Positions 12,701 through 25,158 are shown, counted from the stretch's first letter. The stretch is DNA of 64,000 nt from Amphiscolops sp. MND2022 (GCA_964187785.1 OZ076409.1:81406001-81470000), one strand, 5' to 3'. A program made the numbers and translations. The notes: a model not told the origin generated them from the letters alone.

Positions 12701-13500
12701 ATTTTTTGGTACTGTGTTTTCTCAGTCCTTGCGGAAAAGACACGATTTTATCGACATTCGACTTTTTTTCAAAAATATTTATCCGGGCTGTTCCCGGCTT
12801 GTTTGCTCATTTGAGTAGTGTGGTAGGCTTTCCAACCTCGCTTTCGTCATTCTTCTTTTTGCACTACGTTCTTGGCGGAAAATATCCTTGTGCTTTGCGG
12901 GCGTCTTGTTGCCCCTAGCAAAGGGTACTGCGATTTCTTCTGTCGGTCCATCTCTATTTTCTGATACCAGAAATGTGGGTTTGGTTGAAGATTCGTTAAT
13001 GTTTACTGTGTCGTTGTCTATGCATGAAGTATTTGATTCCGTACCCTGTTCGTTGTTGTTGTTGTTATTGTTGTTGCTGTTGTAGTTGTTGTCTGGAGTG
13101 CACTTGGGGGTCAAGGCTTTGAATAACTTTTGGTAACAACCGTCAACACTTCGTCGTTTGTAATCTTTCAATCGTAGCACTATATCAATATATTTTCCGT
13201 TCGTTTGACTTCTTCGGGTCATCTGGTTATGTATATCAAGGTATTTCTCTCATTTGTTTATTCAGTTTTTGCATGGAACTACTAGAAGCGCCGATGGATA
13301 GCTGGAAAGTACTTTTTGTGTCTGAAGATTAGCACGGGTTTCTCTGCTTGGTGAGTTGCACGGCGCGAACGTGAGTTCGAACCTTGCTTAGAATAACCAA
13401 TTATAGTCTCGTAATCTGTCTCGAGTGGATAATATATTTTTCATTTAGATGATTTTTTGATTTTTTTGTTATTGGACATCCTTTTACACAAACGTTTTTC
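9770..13500 (-). mobile_element. Decayed LINE 5' part: ORF1 remnant (~13222-11500) and APE endonuclease remnant (~11050-10200)
   Basis: Minus-strand motifs ELNVATWN (APE start), GGAITL (cf. GGVAIL), FVTHP (cf. VYAP) and LDYI. Upstream ORF1-like pieces include YIDGIPIQINLEDELK and ORF 12779-13222 with an Asn run. Interrupted by a repeat insertion at 12360-12804. Confidence 0.45.
12360..12804 (-). mobile_element. Family-A interspersed repeat (DINE-1/Helentron-like non-autonomous element)
   Basis: Ends in CCGGGCTGTTCCCGGCTTGTTT, matching the family terminus at 49760-49783 and 55021-55046. Internal GGGGTCCCC and TTTCGGCA..TGCGAC motifs. Confidence 0.7.
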
Positions 13501-13671
13501 AAAGATGCGCAAATGCCCAATGCACGCTAATGCGCACTGTGGGTAGATGTGGACGGGGACTTTTGTTCAATACGAAAAGTTTGATCGAGGCGGACCTGAG
13601 CCCCAAATGAAAAACTTTTTTCTTATGGTATAGACCCCTAACTGAAAATTAATGAGCGTCGGCATAATTGA

Positions 13672-13811
13672 TGTCACTGAAGTGACTCATAACTTCACTG
13701 AACTGAAGTGACTCATGATTTTATATAAATTACTTTTTGACTATCACTGAGTTGTGTTCTCACTGAGAATGAGAACCATTGATAATATAAGAATGAAAGA
13801 CTTTTCTCTTA
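13672..13811 (+). repeat. 5' LTR of BEL/Pao element
   Basis: Direct repeat of 17207-17348; starts TGTCACTGAAGTGACTC. Confidence 0.9.
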
Positions 13812-13914
13812 TTTGTTTGGCGCTCTTGGGTTATTCCACCTTCTCAGCTGAAGTTATCTGGGGAACTGGCGACCACCTTTTGTTTAAATGGATTTTTTAA
13901 ATCTTCAACTTTGA

Positions 13915-14598
13915 AGTTCTTCTGGGCTCTTTTTGGGCGTTCTTCTGGGCACCTTCCTGATGACCCTCTGGACTTTGTCCTGGCCGTCCTTCTGGGCTCT
14001 TTCTGGCGTCGTTCTAGGCTGGTTTTGGGCTTCTTTGTGGGCTCTTTCTGGCATCCTTCTGGGCTTTTTGCGCGTCCGTTTGGACTCCTGTTCTTCTGAG
14101 CTCTTTTTGGGCGTCCGCCTTGACTCTTTTTGGGCGTTCTTCTGGGCTCTTTTTATCGATTTTCTGGGCTCTTTTTGGGCGTTTTTCTGGGCTCATTTTG
14201 GGCATTCTTCTGGGCTTTTTTTCGGGCGTCCCTCTGGGTCTTTTCCTGGGCGTCCTTCTGGGCTCTTTCTGGCCTCCTTCTGGGCTTTTTGGGCGCTCTT
14301 CTGGGCTTTTTTGGGCGTCCCTCTGGGCCTTTTCCAGGGCGTCAATCTGGGCTTTTTCTGGCGTCCTTCTGAGCTTTTTGGGCGTCCTTCTGGGCTCATG
14401 TTCTTCTGGGCTTTTTTTGGGCGTCCTCCTGGACTCTTTTTGGGCGTTCTTCTGGGCTTTTTTTAGCAATTTTTTGGGCTCTTCTAGGGCGTTTTTCTGG
14501 GCTCTTTTTGGGCGTTCTCCTGGGCCCTTTTGGGCGTCCTCATGGGCTCATTTTGGGCATTCTTCTAGGCTTTTTTTGGGCGTTCTTCTGGGCGTCCA
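13915..14598. repeat. A-depleted minisatellite, ~23-24-bp unit (TTTTTGGGCGTTCTTCTGGGCTC) built from two ~12-bp subunits
   Basis: Dozens of TGGGC cores spaced 11-12 nt apart; adenine is scarce on the + strand. Confidence 0.95.
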
Positions 14599-15189
14599 TT
14601 CCAAAACTGCTAGACTTAGCTGCATTTAGGAAATTTAGGGGAATTTTTTTCTTTTTCCGGTTTTTTGAAATTTCTGAGCCTCTCTGATTAGAGAAGAGCA
14701 CAAAAACGCGCCTGTCGAAAAACAATTAAGTAAATCTCTGATTAGAGATTACTTCACAAACTCACGACACCAAGCGTTTCATGTTTACACACGGTTCGCG
14801 CCTTAGCGCTTTGTGTCCTCTGTTGGAGTCGTCCAGTCCCGTCCTAGCTTTTGCAGCTTCGTCCTGATCAGGTAATTACCAAAAGTAAATCCAGTTCCGA
14901 ATTGCCATTAATAGTTCGGTTCGCCTAGCAGAAGCCCACTTACTCCTTCTTGCATGCCGCTCGGTTCGTCCATTCCGCATTCATCATCGTCATCGTCTTG
15001 TTTGGCGATCGTTCGGATTACGTAAACAATACGCATTGTCTCCTTTTCATTTCATTGATCGTTGTGTTTTTCGCCGTTTCTAGCGTTGTTCGTTCGGTCT
15101 CTATAGGTTCCATAGGTTGTTTTCTATCAATAGCTACAGCAACAATTGGCAACCCGAAGATTGCAACATTCACCAGTCAGTTCAAACTA

Positions 15190-17125
15190 CATGAATTGAA
15201 GTTTCTGAACACATCCAATTACTAGGCATTCAAATTGGACTCCAACCAGAATCCTCCTCGTCTGCGTCAAAATCTTGCACAGTTGCAAACTATTGCATGC
15301 AAACTTGAAGAACTGGCTGAACAGATCTGCGCATTTTGCCTCTTACAAAATTGGAGCCGTTTCTCCAGATTTCAGCCGACATCTAGTTAGTTATTCTACA
15401 ATTTACCGACCAAATTGAAAGCCTAGCACCAACAGAACTCACGCAAGCCAGTCACAGCCAGTCTTCTCCAGCATTTACGGCAATCCAACATAGATGCAAC
15501 GAATTCACAACAACACAGCAGCCACAGCAGCTGCAATCTCGGCACAAAAGGACAGCAGCAGATCCGACAGTCAACGCCTCTTGTCTACAGTTGCCACTCA
15601 TCAGGAAGCCGCTCACATCTTAGACATGACCGGAAACGAGCTCTCTCGTCATCTAGCCACCGACGAAGACACAACACTCCCATTGACACCCGACCGCCAA
15701 CAACAACAACAACAACAACAACTACAACAACAACCATCAAGCACTGGAAACAGCCTTCACACACAACACTGCACCAGCAGAATCGGAAGCAGCCTAATGG
15801 CACTCCAGTAGCAACCGAATATGCAAACCATACATCTATCTCCACAGTTACCACCTCTTCTACGTCAACAACCATTTAACAACCATTCGGAACAGCTAAG
15901 ATCTCCAACAGCAGCCAGCATTTACAACCTACACTCAACAATGCTTCCACAATTGGTCTATACATCCAACTACAATCAACCAATCTTTGACACCTTTGTT
16001 ACCCACAATCCTGCACACCCGCAAATTGCATACGAGATGAGGTCATACAAGTCTGACCACATGTCGCCTGCGCAGCCACCTCTCAGCCATTCGCAAGAAC
16101 AACTACTATTCACCCAGCCCATTGGACATTTAATTAACCCCATGCACAGTTTTTTGCAGCACTTTGCAGATGTACTTCACTCAAATCAATCACTGCCAAC
16201 TTATTCCACTACGATTGCTACTGCTGTACCTTATTGTGCGATAGACCCGTCAGATCAACTGATAGCAAACAACGCAAACTATTCTATACCACCACTGATA
16301 CCACAACCTACAATGATTGGACCTCCGATACCACCTCATCCATCAACTCTTTACATGAAAGAGTTCCCACGACAACAGATATCCCAAACCAACTTCGACA
16401 GACGACAGCCAACACTGTGCAGCAGTGCTTTGGCACACCAACAATGCCAATCAGTCATACCGTCTTCACAACACGACCCCAGCAAGTTACTAATATACCG
16501 ACCGACAACAGCACCGCAACACAAATAGAACCAACAAATACAGCACTTACACCTAACTGCCTATCGTTACAACCTCCCCATACCTCAATCGCAGATGCCA
16601 ACAATGCACCTACTTGCATCAAATTACCATCCATTCAAATTCCCAAGTTCAGCGGTGACCCATTGGCATTTCACGATTGAATCAATATCTTCAAAGTCAC
16701 AGTTCACACTAATCACTATATCACACCGCATCACCTACTTCCAACATTCAGTCACCGGCCGAGCCAAGGACGTAATTCGTGGATACTCATGTAACCCTGC
16801 ATTCTTTGATGTACCTCTGGCTGAGCTTCAATCTGATTTTGGCTCACCGCAGCATGTTGTTAATGCTCACATCAAACGCTTGGAGTCTTGGTCACGCGTC
16901 ACATCACAGAATCCGCACACTGTTGTGTCCTTCACTACTTTCCTGAAGCAAATGGTACATTCTTTCACCGATCTTCACTACACCGCCGACCTGCAATCTT
17001 CAACAGTTTTATCTATAGCAAAAGGTTAACTGCCACACAACCTTCTCACAAAATGGACTGAGTACACCGTGAAGTGTGTCGTTGAAATGCCGATCTTACT
17101 TCATTTCCAATATTGTTGAAAAACT
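15190..17125 (+). pseudogene. BEL/Pao gag remnant with DUF1759-type domain and a Q/P-rich low-complexity N-terminus
   Basis: KLPSIQIPKFSGDPLAFHD* (W codon mutated to stop), then after frameshifts ITYFQHSVTGRAKDVIRGY...LQSDFGSPQHVVNAHIKRL...DLQSSTVLSIAK and LPHNLLTKW. (CAA)n run at ~15697-15735. Confidence 0.8.
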
Positions 17126-17206
17126 CCAGCCGTTCCTCTCCACAGATACCTCACACCAACCAGATAGCGCCCCCTTCTTCTTCTTTGCAGCTAAGGGGGT
17201 GGAGCA

Positions 17207-17348
17207 TGTCACTGAAGTGACTCATAACTTAACTGAACTGAGAAGACTCATGATTTTATATAATTTACTTTTTGGCGTTCATTGAGTTGTGTTCTCACTG
17301 AGAATGAGATCCATTGATAATATAAGAATGAAAGACTTTTCTCTTCTA
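17207..17348 (+). repeat. 3' LTR of BEL/Pao element
   Basis: Direct repeat of 13672-13811, immediately after the PPT. Confidence 0.9.
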
Positions 17349-17499
17349 GTTGACTTACCTGTTTGGGACAGCATAACTTTTCAGTTAGAGTCACTGAGAA
17401 CAAAATAATAAAAGTTCCTTATGTATCGTATTTGAAGGGTTTTGTTTTTATAGGTGACGTAGTTAAACTTTAAAGAAATAAAAGTAATCATTTCAAACT

Positions 17500-19080
17500 T
17501 CAATCAGACCAGAAATGTTTGGGACTGAAGCGTCTACTTTTGACGGACATACTTGAACGATCACGTGTGGGAAGTGAATTATCAGTGCTATGGGCCTAAG
17601 AGGCTTGGTAGTCAAATATCCCAACACGGTTTTTGAGACAATTTTTGAAAACCACAGATGGTTTTGGTGGCACACAACAATTCACAGTTTTTCTCCGTTG
17701 CCAGATGTATGACTACTTGAATAGTTTTGCTTAACTTTCTCACTTTTGCAGTTTGCCTTTTTCTTGAGAAAAGCCACAGAATTGGCAGGGAAAATATCAA
17801 CGGACGATCTTTTGGTATGTGACGTCCTTCTCTGACGTCAGAAACCAACGTCGTTAGTTTTTTAGCCATCATAGTGTGGAAATGAAAACCAGATTCAAAA
17901 ACTAAACCGTGGGTAACCGAACTTCGCTTTTGAAGTTATATCCTGTATTCTTACGGACTATTGTTCGTCAAAACCCAAAAACTTTGTAGACCAATCACTT
18001 TATACTTTATATTCGAACTATATGCAGCCTACATCTATGATGTAATAGTATAGGACATTTTTCAATTTACAGCAGAAATTACATTTCGAGAATTTAACCT
18101 TGAAAACAAAACAAGAATTGATCTGTCTGATAACACGGGATCCTAACAATCTGGGATACTGGAGCATCACTTTTGTTAGTTGTATCAAACAAAAGGAGCA
18201 AAAATTGTTGACCGAAAAGATTCTGCTGAAATGGTTTTCGTTTGGACAACTAACTACAAGCGCATAAAACCCTAATCAGAGACTTATTTTCTGGCCTATA
18301 TTTGGAATTCGAGAGTGATTTTTTTTTAAAAAACATCGACGCTAAGGTGCTTATCGCAAGTCTCACTCGACAAATATCCTCAGAAAAAGCAGGAATGTTT
18401 CATCTAAAGACCAAACATTTTTGGAGAAAGTCCTCAAAGAAACGTTTAATTTCTTAAACAAAACTTTACGCCTGATTCGATGCAACCAGAATTCACCATG
18501 CAAACTTCATGGCGACTCGTCAAGGGTTTGCAAACAAAGATATTTAGGCCTCGGCAGGCATCCAAACGCCGGTCGTCTGCTTGGAAAGCGAGCATCCTAA
18601 CTACAAGCGACAGGAATAAACTCTGTTGAAAATTGGACCATTCTGTGGTCTCACGAAAAACACGAGCCACTGTAGTCATCGAGCACATTTTCTACAAATG
18701 CATCTACTAAACTTTTAGGGATTTTCTGATGGGAAATTGTGTAAGAATACACTGCTGCTCTAACTAATCCATTTGCAATGAAAAACGGCATAGGTTTCGT
18801 TACGATGACACGATTGACTATTCAACTGCTCATCCGATGTAAGAACCGCGTCTTAAATTGCTCGCTGAAGTTGACGCTAAATTGCACTTTAAAACGTTAG
18901 ACGTGAATATCCAAGAAAATAGCGGCAAACGTGATGCAGCTGCATAAAGGAAAGAAACAAGAGGCGCCGTGGCCCTGTGATATTTTTCGTAAATAAACAA
19001 GACGCCCGCTGAGCAGCGAGATTTTTTCCGCCCCAAGCTGTTCTACAACTATATAAATTTGAGGCTCAAGAAGAGCCAAT
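17500..19080 (+). mobile_element. Possible Maverick/Polinton remnant (packaging ATPase and adjacent ORF, heavily decayed)
   Basis: Frameshifted + strand motifs LKIGPF, HEPL(Y), MKNG...YDD, RRRGPVIFFV and PQAVLQL resemble, from recall, Maverick ATPase motifs (LKIGTF, HxQPLY, NNGxKYLLIFDD, GRHRGL, PRDVLQI) in the same order. Confidence 0.3.
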
Positions 19081-19184
19081 GCACTATGAGAAAAAGTTCG
19101 AAGAAAAAAACTTTCATTCATCTTAATTCATTTTTAAAGGCAACACCTAATTTATTATTTCTGAAATAGCTGCCCACTTTTTGT

Positions 19185-19560
19185 ATTTTCGGCACTATGC
19201 GACTTACCGCGTGAAGAGAAACATTTCGACGACAATTTTCGAAAATATTTTTCACAAATTTTACTTTTTGAGATTTTTTGTAAGGGAAATAAGTTTCCCG
19301 AGTCTTGGGGGTGACCTCTTTGTTACTTTTGATACTTTGGAACTGATGAGTTTTCTTGGTCATTGTGGAAAATTTCCATTTTCAATTTTGTTTTTGGGCC
19401 AATTTCAGGTTTTCTTCCTACGTGGGAAACTGCAAAAACATTTTCCTTTTGAAGGTTTACTCCATGTCTAGTGATTTTGCTTGGAGCTTTTTGTATATTA
19501 AAATATGCACAAATAAGGTCGAAAAAAATTTTTACGTTTTCAAATAAATTTTCACACCTT
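19185..19560 (-). mobile_element. Family-A repeat, partial copy
   Basis: TTTTCGGCACTATGCGACTTACCG is shared with 49255-49278; GGGGTGACCTCTT core. Confidence 0.55.
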
Positions 19561-20164
19561 TGTTGTAAACTCGAAGAAATTCATCCTACTTTCTTTCCCA
19601 ATTAGCGTTTTGAATACCTTTTTGTTGAACGAAAACGTTCGTGGTGTGAACAGAAATTTGGATTGATTTGTCAAAAAATGTGTTTTTTGTCGTTTGTTGG
19701 ATTTTGGGATGTTTTGAGGCCAATTCCAGAAACATTTCAGTAAGATCTTCAAAAATGCCTACTGGATACCGGGATAAGTCATTACTGAGTTTTTTAAACC
19801 TTTTTATGCAAAGAAGTAGCTCAAAAGATGTACAAAAAAGTTCATAAATTGTTTTAAAACTGAAAATTTTCAATTTTGCATTATTTGGGTCATTCTGAGG
19901 AAACGTTCTGACATAAAATATGCAAATTTCTCTTCAAAAATCGTGCTGCGGACCTAATTGTATCATCTTAAGCTTTTGGAAGCTTTTATTTTAATAATTA
20001 TCCAATAGCAAAACATTCTAGTCTCAAAAAAATTCACTGGAAATGTCAGAAAAGAGCCTACGAAAGCTCCCGGAATTTGTACATAAATTGCATCAATGCG
20101 ACAAAAACTTTAAATTTATTGACATTTTCTGATTCAATTTGAGGATTTTTTTTACAAATTGTAT

Positions 20165-21260
20165 TTATCTCTCAACGAAAGCTCACTGAAACGAGGAGTA
20201 CTGCCATTGTTTAGGGCTCTCCATATTCTAGTCCACGGAGTCTATCGATAACTTGACAAAAACTGCATAAAAGTTTAAAAGTTTTGTCTGTTTCAGTGCC
20301 AATTTGGAATTTGTTCAACTTGAAAACGGTAATTAGCTCTTCATAAAACACTACTGGACAACAAATTCTTACTTTGATGACCGCTTTTAACATTCCAATT
20401 CACGAAGTCCGTCGAAATTCCGACAACAATTGGATAAAAACTTTGAAAATTGGAAAATTTTGGGTTTTTCGTCATTTTCGGTTTCAATTTGAGATTTTTT
20501 TCATTTAGAAAACAGCTATTATTTCTTCGAAAGACCCTACTGGACAACAAGTTTTTACAATGTTGAGCATTTTCAACATTCCAATCCACTAAGTCTGTCA
20601 TAAATTTGACAAAAACACCAAAAAAACTCTAAAAGTTTGAAAATTTTGTGTTTTTTGTGTATTTCGGTGCCAATTTGAGATATTTTTCAACTTGAAACCC
20701 TCAATAAACGCTTCGGAAAAGCCTACTGAACATAAAAGTCTTTCCTTGTTGACCATTTTTAACATCCCAATCCACGAATTCTGTCATAAATTTGACAAAA
20801 ACTGCATAAAAACTTTAAAAGTTTGAACATTTTGTGCTTTTTGTCTATTTCGGTGCCAATTTAAGATATTTTCCAACTTGAAAACTGCAATAGTCTCTTC
20901 ATAAAAGACTACTGGACAACAAACCCGTTCCTTGTTGCCACTTTTTAACATCCCAATCCACGAAGTCTGTCATAAATTTGACGAAAATTGCATAGAAACG
21001 TTAAAAATCGAAAAATTTTGGAATTTTCGTCAATTTTGGGGTAATCTTTCTTTTAGAAAACCGCATTTATCTCTTCATAGAAGACTATTGGACAACAAAC
21101 TCGTGCCTTGTTGAACGTTCAACAATCTAATCCATGATGTCTATCGAAAAAATGACAAAAATTGCATAAAAACGTTGAAAATTGGAAAATTTTTGATTTT
21201 TTGTCACTTTCGGGGTCATTTTCGTCATTCCCAAAAAGTCCAAAAATCACGACAAATACA
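20165..21260. repeat. Satellite-like tandem array, ~186-bp unit, ~5.5 copies
   Basis: CTACTGGACAACAA-like anchor at 20351, 20537, 20723, 20909 and 21085 (spacings 186, 186, 186, 176). Confidence 0.9.
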
Positions 21261-21794
21261 TATCGCACGAAGCTAAACTTACGTGAGTTGAGTTCTATGG
21301 GCAACACCCTTTAAGGTGAATATAAATTTCGTGCTTTGCAAATTTTGTAAAAAAAACGTTTGATTTAAATTTATTCCTTTCCCATATGAAATATGGGCAG
21401 AAAATAACAAAAGAAATTCATTGGTGAGACTTTTCAAGGTAAACATGACCTTGTCCTAATTGTTAATATAAAGAAACCGATATCGTGATTGTGTTGCTCA
21501 AAAAAGTTGCACATTGTCAAAATGACTCAAAGGTGTGATTGCTGAGTCTTCAAAAATTGAAACATGAAAAAACATCGAATCAGCGAATCTCTATTGAAAG
21601 AAAACAAGACGGGAACGTCTCTAGTCGGCGTCCCATTTAAGACTCTAAAAGTGCAAAGTTTTTAAAAGATGCTTAGGAATAGTTTAAAACAAAACACTCA
21701 CAAAACAAGTGTTGCAACGCCCAGAGGGTGTCTTTCGTGCTGGGAAAACGCTTCAAACGTTCGGGTGTAGCGTGCTGGGGCAGATAGGAACGTT

Positions 21795-22045
21795 TTGTTT
21801 CGAAATCCGGCCTCCTCTTCAATAAAGCGCAATTTACCACGGATGTAACGACAAAAGTTTGGATATGGCATGCTGAGGGAAATGGTGGCGCTTTTTTCGG
21901 AACCTAGGCCTCCTCCTCAATGAAAAGCAATGGCTTAGGATATAAAGTCAAAAATTTGGATACAGAGCAATTTTTTGGAACCTCGACCTACTCGTTAGTG
22001 AAACGCAAGTTACTTCTGATGTAACGTCAAAAATTAGAATAGTAC
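21795..22045. repeat. Diverged tandem repeat, 3 units of ~70-100 bp
   Basis: Recurring TTTT(C)G(G/A)A..GGCCTCCTC..AA..GCAA...GAT(G/A)TAA.G.CAAAA.TT.GA motif, three times. Confidence 0.6.
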
Positions 22046-23673
22046 TGATAAAAAATTATTGGTGGATATATATTCAGAAAACCTTTTTTCAGACGGTTAA
22101 TAACATCCAATTGAGTTCAAAAATATCCACAAAAGTGGAATGGGAACATATGGAGACATGAAAAAATTTCAGAAAAGTGTCAGTGTCAACAAAAATTGGA
22201 AAGGGGGACCCGTTAGTGTCGTCCGGTTTTGTATGCTATGTTAAGAAAGGAAAAAATGAGAGCGGGGACCCTTTGAAATAACTTAAGATGCGTTTTCGAG
22301 GTTATTCATTTAGTTGAACAAACTGCACAAAAATTTTCTCTCATTCGAGTCAATTTAGTCACCATCAAAATTGAAGAATTTTCGTTTCTCAAAAAAACGA
22401 AAAAGAAATAGGGCATATTTAATCTTGCATAACTTCATGGTTTCGAAATGCCGCCGAGCATGAAGCTTCCAGAGCATGTTAATGAAATTACAAGAAATTA
22501 CAAGATTTTTTCCATGAAAGTTTCTTTAGAGTTTAAGGAAGGAAATTCAACCCTAAGGAACGTAAAAAGCACAAGCTGTTTCAACAAGAAAGGGCTCAGA
22601 GGGTCTTGAGATTAAACATCTAATCAAAGTCTATCGCTGCCTAAATCTTTATTACCACTCAAACTGAGACCACTACTTCCTAGAGTATTATTACTTATAA
22701 TAATTTCATTTTTTGGTGAAACTTTGATTATTGTTTTTTGAAATTCGAACTTCGAATAAAAGTTAATAATACTCATTGTTTTTTAAAGAAGTCAGTTCCC
22801 CTTCGCTGAGTGAAAATAACCAACTGACGGTTTTCATAAATTTCCAATCAAATTAATAGACCATTCAGCCCACCGGTTTAACGCGCTCGTGTATTTATTC
22901 TGTCTTTCCAAGCTCCCCTCTGCAGACGTCCAGTCAATGAATGAATTGTGATTTCTGGAAAGCAAGGAAGATAAATTTCAGTCGGCGTGACAGCCAATGA
23001 GAATATTACAATCCTGGCAGAAGTGCTCCCGTAAAATGGTCCATCTATAATTTGTCTGACCTTAATCGACCAGACATTTCTTATTTCAAAGACTTTTGAA
23101 TGTTCACAGCGCCTTTATTACTCAATTTTCATTCGATGTCTGTCGCTAGTGTGCATTTAACGGCTTACATAAAAAGTTTAAAAAGTTGGCTTATGAGTTG
23201 CTGAGAAAATTTTTAAGGTAAGGGTTGCATTAATTTAAAAGTAATCAATCATTCTTTCCTGCGAACTACAGAAAGTTATTCGAAAACAAAAAACCATGAA
23301 TATTAAGCAAAGACGCAGTAATGACTTTATTTTTTGTAGCTAGAAACAAGAGGCTTTTAGATAAATTTAACATCATATGAAAGCCACAATTGTTTCACAT
23401 AAAACAAAAAAAAACGAAAGCGCAATTAGAATACGCACCTCGATACTAATGAAAATTTTCCCCATATCGAATCACAGACTCAAATAAGATTAATCCGTGA
23501 CTCAATATGAGAAAAATTTGCAAACAAAAATATGCTCGATGCATCCCGTTATTTCGTTTGGAATGCTTTTCTTTCGGGAACGAACTTTTTCGCAGCTTTT
23601 CGGGAAGCATGCTTAACTCAAACCAAACTAAAACAAAAAGCGACCTAAACTGTTAGTTCAAGTACTTTTGCAT

Positions 23674-24039
23674 GGTTTCAAGCCATATGCCTGAAATGTG
23701 AGAGAAGTTGCAACGATTCATTGGACAGTTGAATTGTTTGACATGCTTCGGAGAAATCGTTCGTTGAAAGACATTGTCAGCCTTTCTAATTCAATTCAGC
23801 AAAAAAACAGTTGTTAGAATTCTTTTTTTATGCCTCAGAATATGCCACAGAAACTGTTCTCACATTTCAGGATAGAATTCAGTAAAAATAGAATTCGAAC
23901 AACTGCTTTTTTGTTGAAATGAACTAGAAAGGCTGACAATGCCTTTCAACAAACGACTGCTCCGAAGCATGTCAAACAATTCAACTGTCCAATGAATCGT
24001 TGCAACTTTTCTCACATTTCAGGCATATGGCTTGAAACC
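23674..24039. mobile_element. Foldback MITE, 366 bp, with ~150-bp inverted arms
   Basis: GGTTTCAAGCCATATGCCTGAAATGTGAGA... pairs with ...TCTCACATTTCAGGCATATGGCTTGAAACC. The arms stay complementary to ~23820/23890. No TSD identified. Confidence 0.9.
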
Positions 24040-24069
24040 GGCTGAGTTGAGTTGGTGAGAGATTGACAT

Positions 24070-24558
24070 CCCAGGTTTTCGATCTTTGCGAATCTGTGCA
24101 GATCTGCAGGATTTTTGCAGATCTTGGCAGATATGTGCAGATCTGCAGAATTTTTGCAGATCTTTGCAGATATGTGCAGATTCGAAAAAAAACTGACATA
24201 CTCAGAAACACAAAAAAACCCACAGCGATGTCAAACGAATAAAAAAATGTTTAAAACTGGAGAGAAGTCTCATTTATGTCATAATGATGAACCATTTTTC
24301 TGTAACAATCTGTACAGATATGTAGAAATTACAGATCTTTACAGATCTTTACAGAGCCAAACATTTGGTTTATTGTTGGTTCCTTAGAAGCTGCAGAAAA
24401 ACATAATTCTGCTAAAATCTTTAAAGAAAATCTGCACACTTCTGTAAAGATTTTGCAGATCTGTATGGATCTTCAAGATTCAGTGCAACGACCTTTGCAG
24501 AACCCTGCAGAAAAAATCCTGCAGATCTGCCCAGATTCGCAAAGATCGAAAACCTGGG
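24070..24558. mobile_element. MITE with CCCAG...CTGGG termini, GCAGAT subterminal repeats and 2-bp TSD (AT); probably CMC/EnSpm-type
   Basis: TIR CCCAGGTTTTCGATCTTTGCGAATCTG / CAGATTCGCAAAGATCGAAAACCTGGG, flanked by AT on both sides. The superfamily is inferred from termini and TSD length. Confidence 0.85.
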
Positions 24559-25089
24559 ATATGCTTCCCAAAAAGCTGGGAAGTACTTTGTTCTTGGAAA
24601 AAGCGCTTCAGATAAAAATAACGAAGTTTATCGAACTAATTTTTGTTTGAAACGACAGCCATCACAAAATTTGGAACATTAGTTTTTTTTGCATCAGTGG
24701 CAGTCGAGCAACTGCGACGCTTACAAGAAACATCGAAAAGTAGAGGATCTTTGTTTGATTCGAAATCAATACGACGAAATTTGATTATTGAAAACAGTTC
24801 CCCTCTGAACTTTCTTGAAAAGGTAAAAAACGCCGAGAATGTCAAGGAAGTGTTAGTAAACATACTTCCGAAGAAAAAAATCTCAAAATCTTTTGTAGTT
24901 TTTTCCGAGGATTTTTTTGAACTTTTGGCCGAAACATTTTGACTGTTCGAACCTATTTTCCACCACGTTTAAAAATTTTACTTCCGAATTTAGTTGAGAA
25001 AAACGTCAAATCTTAATTTTTTACATTATATCGGACTTGCTCAACCCTTCAAAAGTTAGATGATAGAATAATTGGAAAGAGAAGGATTT

Positions 25090-25158
25090 TGACAAGAGCG
25101 GGATTCGAACCCACTGCAACCCTCTAACTTCTCGACTTTCATTCTCAGGCGCGTTCTA
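25090..25158 (-). pseudogene. tRNA-Leu-derived fragment (3' half with B box; SINE head or tRNA pseudogene)
   Basis: Minus strand reads ...GTGGGTTCGAATCCCGCTCTTGTCA, like the 3' end of tRNA-Leu. No matching 5' acceptor strand or D-arm is present. Confidence 0.55.

Larger units (their letters stand above)
13672..17348 (+). mobile_element. Non-autonomous BEL/Pao LTR retrotransposon (gag retained, pol deleted)
   Basis: ~140-bp LTRs at 13672-13811 and 17207-17348, starting TGT, with 10 substitutions by hand count. PBS-like TGGCGCTC at 13818, PPT AAGGGGGTGGAGCA at 17193-17206, TSD candidate ATTGA/GTTGA. Internal DUF1759-type gag motifs. Confidence 0.9.

Noticed and set aside
13911-14629. Several overlapping 150-180 aa ORFs on both strands
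   Set aside because: They lie in the minisatellite. The + strand has little adenine, so stop codons rarely form, and the translations are pure repeats.
25090-25158. Functional tRNA-Leu gene
   Set aside because: The 5' acceptor strand, A box and D arm are missing; kept only as a derived fragment.
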